Source: a bacterium (GTDB lineage: Bacteria; Patescibacteriota; Saccharimonadia; UBA4664). From it: a DNA stretch of 64,000 nt. The DNA lies in the NCBI GenBank assembly GCA_016699105.1, contig CP064960.1, positions 200,727-264,726 on the forward strand, in the 5' to 3' direction. Made by a program: the position numbers and the translations under genes. Shown here one piece after another: positions 20,077 through 31,088 of this stretch. The notes below the pieces were generated by a model. That model did no database searches. It was not told the DNA's origin and was given only the letters and a program-made list of their open reading frames with translations. The first letter of the stretch is position 1. The number at the start of each line of letters is the position of its first letter.

Positions 20077-20935
20077 ATGAGTAAATCTGATCAGTTCTGA
20101 TGCTACGACGTCTGATGTTTGATACCTTGCTCACCGTTGCCGTGTATGATGCGCATAATGGTTCTTGGAGTGTCGTCGAATTAACAGCCTGGCGCCAGAC
20201 AAGACGATATCCGCCTCGGATCAGAAGAGGACTCCATAGGTTGATAACGACTGGTCCAACCAGCCCGGCTACAGTTCGTTGGCAACCAGCAAATCAATGT
20301 TTTCGCACCAGCGGCAGGCGCGAGTTTCTTTAAGTCGTTGGCTGGTCGGGCTTCATCACCCGGGCCGACTGCTCCAAATCCGTCATGGATAGAACTGTTT
20401 GCAAATCAGGGCCAGATTCGATTGATTCGTCGCGCGGAGTGACGGGAATTATCTCAGGCTCAATCGGCCGAGTACACGGTAGACAAAGGCCAATTTTCCC
20501 AGGTCGCCGCCGTTGCGCCATCTTTGATTTCAATTCGGGATGAGAATGGGTTTGATGCAGCAGAGTCGACTTCTTCGTCATCTTCGTGGACGTCTGGGAC
20601 CGCGACTTCAAAGCCAACGAATCTTCATAGATAGCGCCGATGACAGGCAACTGGGCAATAATCTTACATTCAACGCGTTGATTGCCTTGCTCTAGCCTGA
20701 ACCCATGAAAAAACGTTGGCCACCAATGCAAAAGGTCGAAACCGCACCGTCATATCACCAGTCGATGGGGCACGGCATCCGACATCGGGTTAGCTCGAGA
20801 TATCGGTAATCGAGGTCGTTCAATACGGAGGTTCGACGCCATTGCGAAGACCCAAGCCGATTCAGAGCTACGTCGGGCGATACGCGATTATGCCTCCTGA
20901 TGGAGTCGCCCTTTTTCAGACGCGCATTATTCATT

Positions 20936-23900
20936 CTATCGACGAATCGAGCATCTCCAGTTCAGCCACGTCGGCGGGGAGAGCCGCAATAGGCCCTCGT
21001 CGAGGCGGCGTTGGTCGAAATAGTGCGACATGAAGCCGACTGAGCGGGAGAGCAAGAAGAGGGCATTGAAAAATTCGGTGTCGATGAGACTTTGCAGTTC
21101 GGCGGCATCAAGTTTTTCTTCGGTGGCCAACAAATCGAGTAAGACAGCTGCCATGGCGCCATCGACATTGAGGATGAGATTGCCTTTTTGCTCGTTGTGA
21201 GCGTTTGAACAGCCAAGGCGAAATCGGTATAAGGATGATTTGTGAGATTGAGTGCATGCTGCAAGATCGGCTCAACCCGAGGTCGGGCATATCGATGCGG
21301 TATTTGCGGTGTCCGATACCAGCCAGACGCTGGCGGGAGGCAGCAGCGTTTCGACGAGCTTGGCTGGTGTAGTAGCATCGACCACACCCGCGAGCCATGT
21401 GGCGGCGGCTTGATTGATAGCGCCGCCGAAGCGGGGCCAATAGTGAGGAGTCCAGCGCTCAAGGCTGAAACCAAATCTTTGCCAGCCCGGGCAGCCGTAA
21501 TGGTGTTGAGGGCACCCGAGACGTAGGGACCGTTGTCGACCAGTAGTTTGAGAACAAGATCAACAAACGATTCGAGCCTGGGCGCGAAACATTAGGACGA
21601 CCTAATAGCATGGCGGCTACTATGGCGGCGAAAGTTCGTTGTTGGGCCAATTCGAGTTGGGGAGTACCGAGGATGTCGACTTGCCCTGCCCGGTCGCGCG
21701 AAACCGTGGAAGCAATGAGAGCCGGGCGGCGATTGGTTAATTGAGGATGACTAGGTTGATTTGCCGGAGCAGAGGTAGTGTCGGGTAAAGCCTGGACGAA
21801 GGCGGCAAATTCGGCATACGTTTCCCCTACCTGAACGCCGGCAGCACGCAACGCGGCGGCTTTAGCTTTGGCTGATTCGTCGTGTGTTTTGGCGATGGCT
21901 TTGGCATGTCCAAATTGGGGCGGGGTATCAAACAGCTCAGCGACCGAACCAGCAATGTAGGCCACAACTGGTTTGGTCAGTTGACCACTGGTGATGAGGG
22001 CGGCGAGATCATATTCATCGTGGCCGCCGAGCTCACCGAAAAGACGATTGAGCGTGTGGCGGGATCGGCTTGGGCGGCTAACAATGCGGCTTTCGGCGGT
22101 AGCATGGGAAAACGTTCGCCGCCGATGGCGGCAGCCCATGACAAGGTATGCCCAGTCGTTGCCACTAAGCGAATAAGCTCGTTGATCATACCGCCAGAGG
22201 TCGAAAGAACTGCGACCGTGCCTGGTTCGGTGAGGCGGGAGGCCACGAGCTGAGCGGCTTGGGTGCCACCGATAGCTCCCAGTTTCAACGTACCGGGTAT
22301 GATCAGTCCGACGCTGGCTGCTCCCAGCACCCACACTCCCCTGTCGGCGGCTTGCTGAACGAGCTGTAAGGCATGGCGCTCGGGCACACCTTCGCCAAAG
22401 ACTGTCACACCCGCTAGGTTTGGCAGCTCTGCCAAGCGGCGGCAGTCGACTCGACGACCCGGCGGCCGGAGCCGACATTGAGCACTAAATTTGTACTTTG
22501 GCGTAAAGCGGGTGGCAAATCGGCTACGCTTGGGTACATAGGTAGTGCAATTTCCTGATGGCCGAAGAAAAATCTGGTGGTGCGACGGCCGCCGGCGACG
22601 ATGGCTTTGACGCTCGGGATGGAGCGGCCAAGCAAATAGTCGTAGTCGAGCATCGATTGAATAATGCCCTGGTGGTTACCCAAGGACACAATAACCGGGT
22701 CGGCCTGACGGAGCGAGTCGATAGTAAGTATATTGGCGGCCAATTTCATGGGCGTCCTCCGGTTTTGAAGCCTGGCTAGTGCCTGGGTGATGATGTCTGA
22801 TAATAACAGTTCGGGACCGGCGACAGTACCCAACAAACCAGCTTTTTCGAGGTACGCATTCATGGTAGCCAATCCTTCGGCTTCGTGCGGGCCACCCGGC
22901 GGACATATACTTTGATCCCCTGTTGCTTGAGTTGGCCAGCAACTCGCTCAAGAGCCTTGATTACACCGGCGAAGGTGGCGCGGACATCGGTAAAGTTGGC
23001 GACGCCACCAGCAATCACCAATACTTTGGACTTGGCCGCCGATTTGAGTAGCAGTGATAAGATCTGGGTTGTATAAACGGCTGTTTCATCGGCGGTGGGA
23101 TTGCCGGAATATTCACCGTAATTGCCAAGTTGATGACCAAAGCCTTGATTGTTGACCTCGTCGGCTAGCGTGACACTGGCGCCGCCACCCGATAGGAGTA
23201 GGAATACTTGCCCGTCAGGATTGAGAACTTCGAGACGAAAAGATGATTGACTGCGGGAGCCAGATCCAAGACGGTGGTTTCTTCGGGGGTGTGATAACGC
23301 GGCTGCCACTGCGCAGGTCGGCTTGTTCCCAGCCCCAGCCACCAGCGATACAGCTTCGGCATCAACTTCGGCAGCGGCATCGAGTATCAACGGATGGCCG
23401 TTTGGCGCAATGACGAGCGGATTGATTTCGAGGAACCCGAGGTAGTTGTCGTCGAAACATGTGACTATGGCCGACAAAGCCGAGGGCGCTATACCGATTT
23501 GGGTAGCGGTAGCTTTGATCGCCGCCAGGCTGCTTAGCCGGGCCGTTGGAGCGGTAGTTGCAGCATCAAAATTGACACCACCTTGCTGGAAGGCCAATAT
23601 GCGCACACCGTCACGGACACGTTCCAAGCTCAAATAGCGTTCGGCAGCCGTATCATGTGGAGTATACGGCTCCACCAAACATGACGAAACCCAAGTTCTA
23701 GCAGCTGCTGAACTGTGGTTGCGACTTTAGTCGGGGCAATGTCGAGCTTCACCAAACCTTGTTTGAACCGGCCTTTGATGCCTTGATCGACTTTGACAAC
23801 ATATGATTGAACCGGTTGGTCCTGGAGAAAGTTTGTCAGAAGCGGGCGCCATTTTGTCTGACCATCAATGCTCAGCCCGGCATATGATTGCTCGAGAGCG

Positions 23901-23950
23901 GTGGCCAATAACGTTTTGGCGCGGTATTCAGATATGATGCGGCGTGCCAT
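20936..23950 (-). pseudogene. ATP-citrate lyase (ACLY-type; fused, or an AclB+AclA pair) broken into at least 7 frame segments.
   Basis: On the minus strand in order: ATP-grasp (ISEYRAKTLL…VVKVDQGIKGRFKQGLVKL; …LEINPLV…LLLSGGGASV…GNYGEYSG…VANFTDVRATFAGV…YVRR). CoA-binding (VIVSLGNHQGIIQSMLDYDY). CoA-ligase with phospho-His (QFGHAKA). Citrate-synthase-like domain (STVSRDRAGQ; [12 protein letters not shown]; TTSKK; [12 protein letters not shown]). Segments: 23630-23950, 22860-23678, 22414-22872, 21977-22435, about 21459-21990, 20962-21474, 20936-21154. Confidence 0.65.
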
Positions 23951-23994
23951 AGTGCCTCATATCATACCAGTACATGTTAGAATGAGGCTACCTT

Positions 23995-24453
23995 ATGCAG
24001 TTCATTCGTTCCGGCTTTGCAGTTTTGTTTCACCATGACGCCCACAATATATGGGTGCAATTATTCCGTTACGGCATTGTAGCCGGGTTTGGGCTGGTCG
24101 TTGATGTTGGTGGGTTGGTGGTGCTCAAAGAAGTCGTCGGCTGGAACTATCTAGCGGCGGCCACCTTATCGTTTGTAGTCGCTTTGGTCGTCAATTACAT
24201 ATTGAGTACGTGGTGGATATTCAAACAAACCCGCTTTGCCAGCCGCTGGCATGATTTTGGGTTGTACGGGCTGATCGGTTTGGTCGGATTAGGTCTCAAT
24301 GACCTGTTATTGTGGCTATTTACTGGCGGGCTAGGTTGGCATTATTTGCTATCAAAAGGAGTGGCAACGGTTTTGGTATTTGGATGGAACTTCATGGGTC
24401 GCAAGTTCATGTACCGGCCAACCACCGATGCTCCAGCCACCGACGCAACTTGA
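23995..24453 (+). CDS. gtrA: GtrA-family polyprenyl-phosphate-sugar flippase component.
   Basis: 152 aa with 4 TM helices and GtrA-like organisation (…RYGIVAGFGLVVDVGGLVVL…NYILSTWWIFK…). TAGAAT/GAGG upstream. Confidence 0.65.
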   Translation: MQFIRSGFAVLFHHDAHNIWVQLFRYGIVAGFGLVVDVGGLVVLKEVVGWNYLAAATLSFVVALVVNYILSTWWIFKQTRFASRWHDFGLYGLIGLVGLGLNDLLLWLFTGGLGWHYLLSKGVATVLVFGWNFMGRKFMYRPTTDAPATDAT

Positions 24454-25510
24454 GCACAATCGCTACTTCGAACAAATAGTACATGAGGCTGGCGGCTGCC
24501 AGTGAACTCATAATAACCAGTGGTAGTGTTATCCCGACCGGCCAACCCATTGTGGCACCATACGAGAATATAAACAGGTGTATCAGATACAGACTGTACG
24601 AAATCTGACTGAGCCAACTTGCGATCCTTGAAAGTAACGCGTGACGGGCGAATGCCTCAAGGTGATGTTTGGCTGAGAGTAATAGCTGCATAATCATGAA
24701 ACCAGTGAGTGTGAATATTACCGCTTTAGCCAAGTGGGCTTGTTCAAACTGAGGGTAGTGATAGAACATCCAGCCAAACCAAACACAAATGCCAACCAAA
24801 GCCACCAGGTTGATGATAGCCACCCGGTAGTGACAGATACGCTGGCACAGTCGTGGGTAGCGTGTATCGATGACCGCAGCCAACACCCCAAAGAGCATAG
24901 CATCGAGGCGTAAGGGTATGAGCCGATGTACGCCAAATTCCCAATAAGGTTGCGTGGTTGTTGCTAATATCAGCCGGGCAATCAGCAGTAGACCGATAAT
25001 ACCGACCAGCCGCCGGATGACTACCCCCGGATGATGGGCGCGCCACAAGATAAGGGGAATGACTGCATAAAACCAAAACTCAATACTCAGTGACCACGAT
25101 ACTGGGAAGAAGGCTGCCATATTTGGGTCGAAGTTTTGGGTAAATGACAGGTGAGCCCAAATGATCGTCCAGGGAGCCGCTGTAGCCAAAGCGATAAGAG
25201 TAATCATGAGAAAATAGGGCGGCAGAATTTTGGCCAAGCGATGCAGATAAAACCGTCGCAATGAGCGCTGACGCTTGAGCAGAATTTGACCGATGAGATA
25301 CCCGCTGAGTCCGAAAAAGAGTTCGACGCCAATTAAGCCAAAGACCGGCAATACGCCATGTTTAAAGATTCCCGGGCCGGTGTTCGAAATGGGTATAAAC
25401 AATGCCGAATGGGTTATTAATACAAAAAGTATCGCCACAGCCCGGACGACATCGAGCCCAAATGCCCGATGTCTCAGCGGTGGATCAGTTGCCAAACGTC
25501 TCGAGAGCAA
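24407..25510 (-). CDS. Acyltransferase family 3 (OafA/NolL-like O-acetyltransferase).
   Basis: 367 aa, about 10 TM helices. N-terminal …DVVRAVAILFVLITHS… typical of acyl_transf_3. Confidence 0.75.
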   Translation of the reverse strand: MLSRRLATDPPLRHRAFGLDVVRAVAILFVLITHSALFIPISNTGPGIFKHGVLPVFGLIGVELFFGLSGYLIGQILLKRQRSLRRFYLHRLAKILPPYFLMITLIALATAAPWTIIWAHLSFTQNFDPNMAAFFPVSWSLSIEFWFYAVIPLILWRAHHPGVVIRRLVGIIGLLLIARLILATTTQPYWEFGVHRLIPLRLDAMLFGVLAAVIDTRYPRLCQRICHYRVAIINLVALVGICVWFGWMFYHYPQFEQAHLAKAVIFTLTGFMIMQLLLSAKHHLEAFARHALLSRIASWLSQISYSLYLIHLFIFSYGATMGWPVGITLPLVIMSSLAAASLMYYLFEVAIVLKLRRWLEHRWLAGT

Positions 25511-26288
25511 AGCGAACGGCCTGTTCGACGCGCGCTATATTTGATGTGCCCTGCGCTTTCATTTCAATAGAATAGACGCCGGAATATTTGGAGTCGTGTA
25601 GAGCGGTGGCCATGGCGGCGTAAGGCACGCCAGCATCGGGAACACTTTCGAGCATGGGGGCGGAAATATGAAAATGCTGGTGATGGTACCGGGTGAGTTC
25701 GACGGGGTCATTGGAGACCATGGCCATGCACGCGGCATCTAGATGCAGGGCAAAGCCGGGCGTATTCACAGCTTTTACCAGAGCTGCGCCTTCGGCGGCG
25801 GTGGTCACAAAATCGCACGCATACGCTGGGGCGTTGGGCTCGATGCAAAACTGGACGCCAGCTTCGTGGGCAGACGACCCAAGCTCGGCGAAGAATGGTA
25901 CTGCTTGGTCGAAAGCTTCCTGGTCAGTTAATGGACCTTTTTGACGGTTTTTGGGCGAGCCAAAGACAATTATTTTGGCTCCGAGATCGGCACTTAGTCG
26001 AATAGTCGTTTTGAGAAAGTCGAGCGAACGGCGGCGCACCGACTCGTCACCAAATACTTGTACTTCTGGTCGCCCAAATAGAATGGACTGGGTAGCAACG
26101 ACGGTAAATCCCCGTTCCTCCCACCAGTGGCGGTAGGCGCTGACCTCGGTCGCCGGTGCCGCTGATAGATCAGGCCAGCGCTTGGTCGGAGCTAGCTCGA
26201 TGAGATTTACCCCAAGCTTATCGAGTAAGCGGGCAGCGGCCGTCTCTTCGGCTGGCTCCCAAGCTATATTGGAGACAGCTAACTTCAT
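25485..26288 (-). CDS. Sugar phosphate isomerase/epimerase (xylose-isomerase-like TIM barrel).
   Basis: 267 aa with AP-endonuclease-2 / xylose-isomerase-like TIM-barrel features. Confidence 0.65.
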   Translation of the reverse strand: MKLAVSNIAWEPAEETAAARLLDKLGVNLIELAPTKRWPDLSAAPATEVSAYRHWWEERGFTVVATQSILFGRPEVQVFGDESVRRRSLDFLKTTIRLSADLGAKIIVFGSPKNRQKGPLTDQEAFDQAVPFFAELGSSAHEAGVQFCIEPNAPAYACDFVTTAAEGAALVKAVNTPGFALHLDAACMAMVSNDPVELTRYHHQHFHISAPMLESVPDAGVPYAAMATALHDSKYSGVYSIEMKAQGTSNIARVEQAVRFALETFGN

Positions 26289-27061
26289 GCGCGCTCGCGG
26301 TCAACGAACGCCTTGATGCCGGCAAGTACTTGGTCTTTGGTCTCGAGATAATTGCCCGTTTGGCCATAGAGTTTGGCGTGTTTGGTATGCATATCGAAAT
26401 AAGGCAGTTTGTCGGGATCGAGGGTCGTTTGGTTAAATACCCGTCCAAAAGCGGCCTCTGCCACTTCGGCGACACTGGTAGGCGCGGTGGCAAAGTTAAC
26501 CAGACTCAATTGGTTGGCCAAAGCTACTTGGATGTCTGCCCAGATGCGGTCGAGATTGTAGAATTGGTAAACTGCCCGAGAGTCAATTTTGTCGGTGTTA
26601 TTGTCATGAAGGAAATCAAAAATGATATTTTTCTTGAGACCGTTGCCGTAGAGACCTGGGAGACGGACGACCAGGACGTTGGCAAAACGTTCGCGGCAAA
26701 ATGCTTCTAATTGAGCCCGATGAACGCCATATGGGGTGGCTGCCGTGGTTTGAAGGTCGGAATTTTCGTCGACACCGACGGGGTGAGCATAAGTGCTGAT
26801 GGTGGAAATGAGAACAAATTGTTTAGCTGTAACCGTCGCCAAATGGTCCATCAGCGCTTGAATGCTCGCCATATCAGCGGCGGGGTCTTGATTGGCGCGC
26901 CACATTTCGGCCGGAGTAGCTGAAGATACTATCAGATCGAAAGATTCGCCATCAATATCGGCGATATTACTCGTATTATATAAATGGGTAAATTGGCTCT
27001 GGGCTTTGAGATTGCCCCCGACAAAGCCGGTATGTCCGATGAGTGCGTGTTTGCCTGCCAC
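26285..27061 (-). CDS. NAD(P)-dependent sugar epimerase/reductase (RmlD-like Rossmann).
   Basis: N-terminal GHTGFVGGNL glycine-rich loop. 258 aa. The stop overlaps the downstream isomerase start. Confidence 0.6.
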   Translation of the reverse strand: MAGKHALIGHTGFVGGNLKAQSQFTHLYNTSNIADIDGESFDLIVSSATPAEMWRANQDPAADMASIQALMDHLATVTAKQFVLISTISTYAHPVGVDENSDLQTTAATPYGVHRAQLEAFCRERFANVLVVRLPGLYGNGLKKNIIFDFLHDNNTDKIDSRAVYQFYNLDRIWADIQVALANQLSLVNFATAPTSVAEVAEAAFGRVFNQTTLDPDKLPYFDMHTKHAKLYGQTGNYLETKDQVLAGIKAFVDRERA

Positions 27062-27118
27062 TAAAAATGTCCTCCTGTTGCACTGATTATACCAGGAGAT
27101 GATAGAATCTTAGATTAT

Positions 27119-29167
27119 ATGAATACTCACCTCTTTCGAAGCCCGCGCACCTGGGGTTGGACAGTTTTTGGGCTGGCGGCTCTTTATACGCTCGTTGACC
27201 GGTTACAACTGCTCGTTGGGCGGATCAACGTACGGTCGGATTATTTCAATATTTTCCCAATTGACGGAGCGTTTCAATTATTTAACCCGTTGCGGCGATT
27301 GGCTGACGGTCAAACCGCGGGCATAGACTTCCCTTTTTTCCATGGGCTGGGCACGTTACTGATCCACTATCCGATATTTGCGGCCGCTGGCGGTAATTTG
27401 CATGCATCGGAACTGTCACGTGAGATTATCTCACCAGTACTATTTATCTTGAGCGCAACCATTCTCGCCTATGTAGCGACCAAAAGCTGGCGGGTCGTGC
27501 TGGTCGTATTGGCGGTGCTATTTCTGGGTTACTACTACGTATCGCTGTTGATTACATCCAATAATTCACTCCTGGGGGTACGGTCAACGCTGCCATTGCT
27601 GGCGGGAGCTGGCGTCATGTTGACCCACCGCTGGTACCCCTGGCCGCGACGGCATCTGGCAGTCAAACTAATGACGTTAGCCATCTTGGGGCTGGCGTTT
27701 TTTACGAGCGTCGAACATGGTACGGCGGCGATTGCGGCTTATTTAGTGGTCGAAGGGCTGCTCGGAAACGGACCGTGGTGGTTACGGCTCTGGCGCCTGA
27801 GCCGAGACGCCATCATTATCGGGGCGGTGGCGGTCGGCTGTTACGTGGCAGTTGCGGGTAGTCATTGGCTGGAACCAATCAAATACGCATTAAGCGATGT
27901 GCCGGGCGATCAGTTTTGGTACTTTGGAGCGCCGCCTAATATTTTTATTGATTCGTTGAAGTCGCTGTTTGATGACCGTTTCCTCAAACCGACCTGGTTG
28001 GTCGGGCTGCCTGTATTGGTGGTGCTCTGGTTGTACCGACGGTCCCGGCTCGCAGATCAAGTACAGGGATATTTGTTTTTAGTCGTATACGGGTTGATTA
28101 CGACTGTGGCGATGCTGGGCATCCAAGTCGAAGGCTATTTGCAACCGTTGTGGCGAGTGTTTCTGATCGGGGCGATTACGCTCAGCTATGGCTGGTGGCG
28201 CACTCAAAAACCGTTGATAGATTCTCAATCGCAGAACCTCTTGGCGCTGGGGCTGGCTGGGATTGTCTTGATTGCCAATATGCAAATGCCGTCTGGTTTG
28301 ACGGCCCGGCCCAATGTCACCCAATTTACGCCCGAAACCGTCCAGGGTATGCACTTGGGACTGGGCTGGGCGCAGTATGTGAGTATTGTTGAGCAAACAA
28401 TACCGGCTGGCGCGAGCTTGTGGTCAACGTATGCCAGCATCCCCGAAGCCGAAGCTCAAGCCTTCCAACCATCGCGCTACGATTACATAATTCATGCGCT
28501 CGGGCCAGAACGGCGGGCCGAATACGTCGCCCGTTTTGAGCAAACCCAACCCGATTTTGTCCAAACGGTGCGCTATGACTTCACTGGATACGAGCAGTGG
28601 CTTCAATTAGAACACTGGGATTTCTACCAACTCATTTTGGCCAATTATGACTTTGCGGCCATCACGCCTCACAGCATATTGTGGCAACGCAAAGAGGCGG
28701 CTTGGGCGCATCCCAACGATCAACCATGGCTAGCCGAAGCCGCGCCCACCGGCAACATCCAGGCGCTCGACCAATTACCGGTCGATTTACCCGATGGTAG
28801 TGTGGTGACCGTAGAAATTGATTACGACGCGCACAGTGTGCTCGGTCCGGTGCCAGTCTTGGGTAAGCTACCACGCTATATCGTCAGGACAGACCAAAGC
28901 CAAGGCACCATCGCCTTGTCGTTGCCGCCCTATGCTCACCGGTGGCAGTTCCCGGTGGTAATCAAAGCTGGTCAGATGCCACAAATAAATGCCTACATCC
29001 GGTCACTGGTGCCGGGTGGACGTTTTCGGATCACCGGCGTGCGCTACCGGGTAATGGACTTAACGCCACAGCAGCGCCAGGCTTTGACCACCCAAGATAT
29101 CGACAGTTTGTTGTCGGACAAGCTGAAGGTACTGCCCAAGAATGGGCTGCAGCTGTATAGCTTGTAA
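27119..29167 (+). CDS. Large polytopic membrane protein with a C-terminal extracytoplasmic domain, hypothetical.
   Basis: 682-aa uninterrupted ORF with about 12 TM helices in the first 400 aa, then a soluble domain. Adjacent to GT2 and sugar-modifying genes. Confidence 0.5.
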   Translation: MNTHLFRSPRTWGWTVFGLAALYTLVDRLQLLVGRINVRSDYFNIFPIDGAFQLFNPLRRLADGQTAGIDFPFFHGLGTLLIHYPIFAAAGGNLHASELSREIISPVLFILSATILAYVATKSWRVVLVVLAVLFLGYYYVSLLITSNNSLLGVRSTLPLLAGAGVMLTHRWYPWPRRHLAVKLMTLAILGLAFFTSVEHGTAAIAAYLVVEGLLGNGPWWLRLWRLSRDAIIIGAVAVGCYVAVAGSHWLEPIKYALSDVPGDQFWYFGAPPNIFIDSLKSLFDDRFLKPTWLVGLPVLVVLWLYRRSRLADQVQGYLFLVVYGLITTVAMLGIQVEGYLQPLWRVFLIGAITLSYGWWRTQKPLIDSQSQNLLALGLAGIVLIANMQMPSGLTARPNVTQFTPETVQGMHLGLGWAQYVSIVEQTIPAGASLWSTYASIPEAEAQAFQPSRYDYIIHALGPERRAEYVARFEQTQPDFVQTVRYDFTGYEQWLQLEHWDFYQLILANYDFAAITPHSILWQRKEAAWAHPNDQPWLAEAAPTGNIQALDQLPVDLPDGSVVTVEIDYDAHSVLGPVPVLGKLPRYIVRTDQSQGTIALSLPPYAHRWQFPVVIKAGQMPQINAYIRSLVPGGRFRITGVRYRVMDLTPQQRQALTTQDIDSLLSDKLKVLPKNGLQLYSL

Positions 29168-29962
29168 CTATTTTGACTTCGGATCGTAGCGATGCAGGGC
29201 CGCTTTGAAGAGGACTTTGAGGACACCAAGATTGCCTTTGACTGGGCTGATCTTGGTGGGTGTCGGTGAGTTCTTGGGGTATTGGCGCTTGACGGGTACT
29301 TCTTTGCTTTTGAGCCCGAGGTTGGCCGACCGGATTGCCAAATAGTAATGCAGCTCATAGCCGGTGAAAACTTTACGGAAGACCGCCATTTGCTCGTGCG
29401 TCAGCAGTTTTTTGGAATAGGCGCGAAAGCCATTGGTGGTGTCAGTGTAGCGGCGACCAGCTGACAAGCTGACGACCGGCGCATGCAAGAGATGCACGCC
29501 GACAAGCCGTTCAATTGGTGTATTGATGGCCTGACCGCCGGGTACAAAGCGGGACCCTTGAATATGGTCGAAACCGTCATCGAGAGCTTGGATGAATAGG
29601 GGTATGGCGGTGGTATCGTCTTTGTTGTTGCCATCGACCACGATGACCCCTTCATAACCTTGCTGCAAGCAGTAGGCAAAAGCCATCCGCATCTGGGTAC
29701 CGAGTTTGCCGGGTTCGCGTTTGGTGAGCAGTGCGGTCACGCCTGATTGTTGCAATAGTTCTTCGGATAACGAACCATCGGTGGAACCGCCATCGGCAAT
29801 GATGATGTCGGCTAGATCGGCTTGGGTGGCCATTTTAGTTAGTTGTTTCTTGATCTTGTCACCCTCATTGATGAGAAATACGCATACGGCGTACTTGGTG
29901 GCTTTGGGCTTAAATTCTTGGACGTCGTATTGGGGAATCTCCCAGCTATCATGAAATTTCAT
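29168..29962 (-). CDS. GT2 glycosyltransferase, DPM1-like polyprenyl-phosphate sugar synthase.
   Basis: …IIIADGGSTDGS… and …VIVVDGNNKDD… GT-A motifs. 264 aa. Confidence 0.75.
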   Translation of the reverse strand: MKFHDSWEIPQYDVQEFKPKATKYAVCVFLINEGDKIKKQLTKMATQADLADIIIADGGSTDGSLSEELLQQSGVTALLTKREPGKLGTQMRMAFAYCLQQGYEGVIVVDGNNKDDTTAIPLFIQALDDGFDHIQGSRFVPGGQAINTPIERLVGVHLLHAPVVSLSAGRRYTDTTNGFRAYSKKLLTHEQMAVFRKVFTGYELHYYLAIRSANLGLKSKEVPVKRQYPKNSPTPTKISPVKGNLGVLKVLFKAALHRYDPKSK

Positions 29963-29984
29963 AGCGTCATGGTACCATATAGAT

Positions 29985-31088
29985 ATGAAATCGGCAGTAG
30001 TGGTCGTGGGGGGTGGTTTTTTTGGTGCCAGGGTGGCGCTCGAATTTGCCCGAGCGGGTCACGAGGTGACACTACTCGAACGAGAAGCTGGCTTAATGAA
30101 GCGGGCTTCCTATGCTAATCAAGCCCGGGTGCATGGCGGCTATCACTATCCGCGCAGTTTGCTGACAGCGCTGCGGTCGCGCGTGAATTTGCCGGCGTTT
30201 TACGACGAGTACCGTGATTGCATTGACACTAGTTTCGAGAAATATTATGTGATTGCGCGGCAGTTTTCCAAAGTGTCTTACCAGCAGTTTGGATTGTTTT
30301 GCCAACGTATAGAGGCGCCGGTACGGCCGGCACCGGATCGAGTGACCAAGCTGTTCAATGACGACCTCGTGGAGGCGGTCTACACGGTGGAAGAATATGC
30401 GTTCAATGCCACTGCTATTGCCGAACGATTAACCAAGCAGCTGACCGACGTTGGCGTGCGCATCGAAACGCGTGCCGAAGTCTTGGCGGTCGGGCCGGCA
30501 GCGGGTGGTCTGGTCGTGCGGTTTCAGCAACATGGTCAGGAGCGGGAATTGACGGCCCAGCGGGTATTCAATTGCACCTATGCCCGCATCAATGAGATCA
30601 ATCGGCGCAGCGGGGTGGCCGAACTGCCGCTCAAACATGAAATTGCCGAGATTGTCTTGATTGAACCGCCAGCCGAGCTGGCCGACAAAGGTGTGACTGT
30701 CATGTGCGGACCGTTTTTTTCGACCATGCCGTTTCCGGCCCGAGGCTTGCATAGCCTGACACATGTGCGCTATACACCCCACACCGAATGGCACGAAGCC
30801 AAACCTGATAGTATCACCCGTGATTCATACGATTACCTGGATAGTCTGAGCCTACCGTCGGCTTATCCCAAGATGCTCGCCGATGCGCAACGCTACCTGC
30901 CATCATTGGCGGATTCGAAGTATGTCGAATCATTGTTTGAGGTCAAAACAGTCTTGCCTCAAAGTGAAGGCGACGACAGCCGGCCCATTTTATATAAACC
31001 CGACCACGGCGGGTTAACTGGTTACACCTGTATTATGGGTGGAAAATTAGATAATATTTATGATGTCTTGAAGGAGCTTGAGGGTTGA
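29985..31088 (+). CDS. FAD-dependent oxidoreductase (DAO-like).
   Basis: N-terminal VVVVGGGFFGARVALEFARAGHEVTLLE dinucleotide-binding motif. 367 aa. Confidence 0.7.
   Translation: MKSAVVVVGGGFFGARVALEFARAGHEVTLLEREAGLMKRASYANQARVHGGYHYPRSLLTALRSRVNLPAFYDEYRDCIDTSFEKYYVIARQFSKVSYQQFGLFCQRIEAPVRPAPDRVTKLFNDDLVEAVYTVEEYAFNATAIAERLTKQLTDVGVRIETRAEVLAVGPAAGGLVVRFQQHGQERELTAQRVFNCTYARINEINRRSGVAELPLKHEIAEIVLIEPPAELADKGVTVMCGPFFSTMPFPARGLHSLTHVRYTPHTEWHEAKPDSITRDSYDYLDSLSLPSAYPKMLADAQRYLPSLADSKYVESLFEVKTVLPQSEGDDSRPILYKPDHGGLTGYTCIMGGKLDNIYDVLKELEG

Noticed and set aside
20100-20935. Arg-rich ORFs (20100-20333+, 20330-20731-) as genes.
   Set aside because: No motifs, biased composition and mutually overlapping frames. 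More likely a degraded remnant beyond the ACL 3' end, or noncoding spacer. Left uncalled.
21882-22253. Plus-strand ORFs (21882-22253, 21991-22176) inside the ACL locus.
   Set aside because: GC-rich antisense frames of the ACL-like gene. The ACL motifs on the minus strand explain the region.
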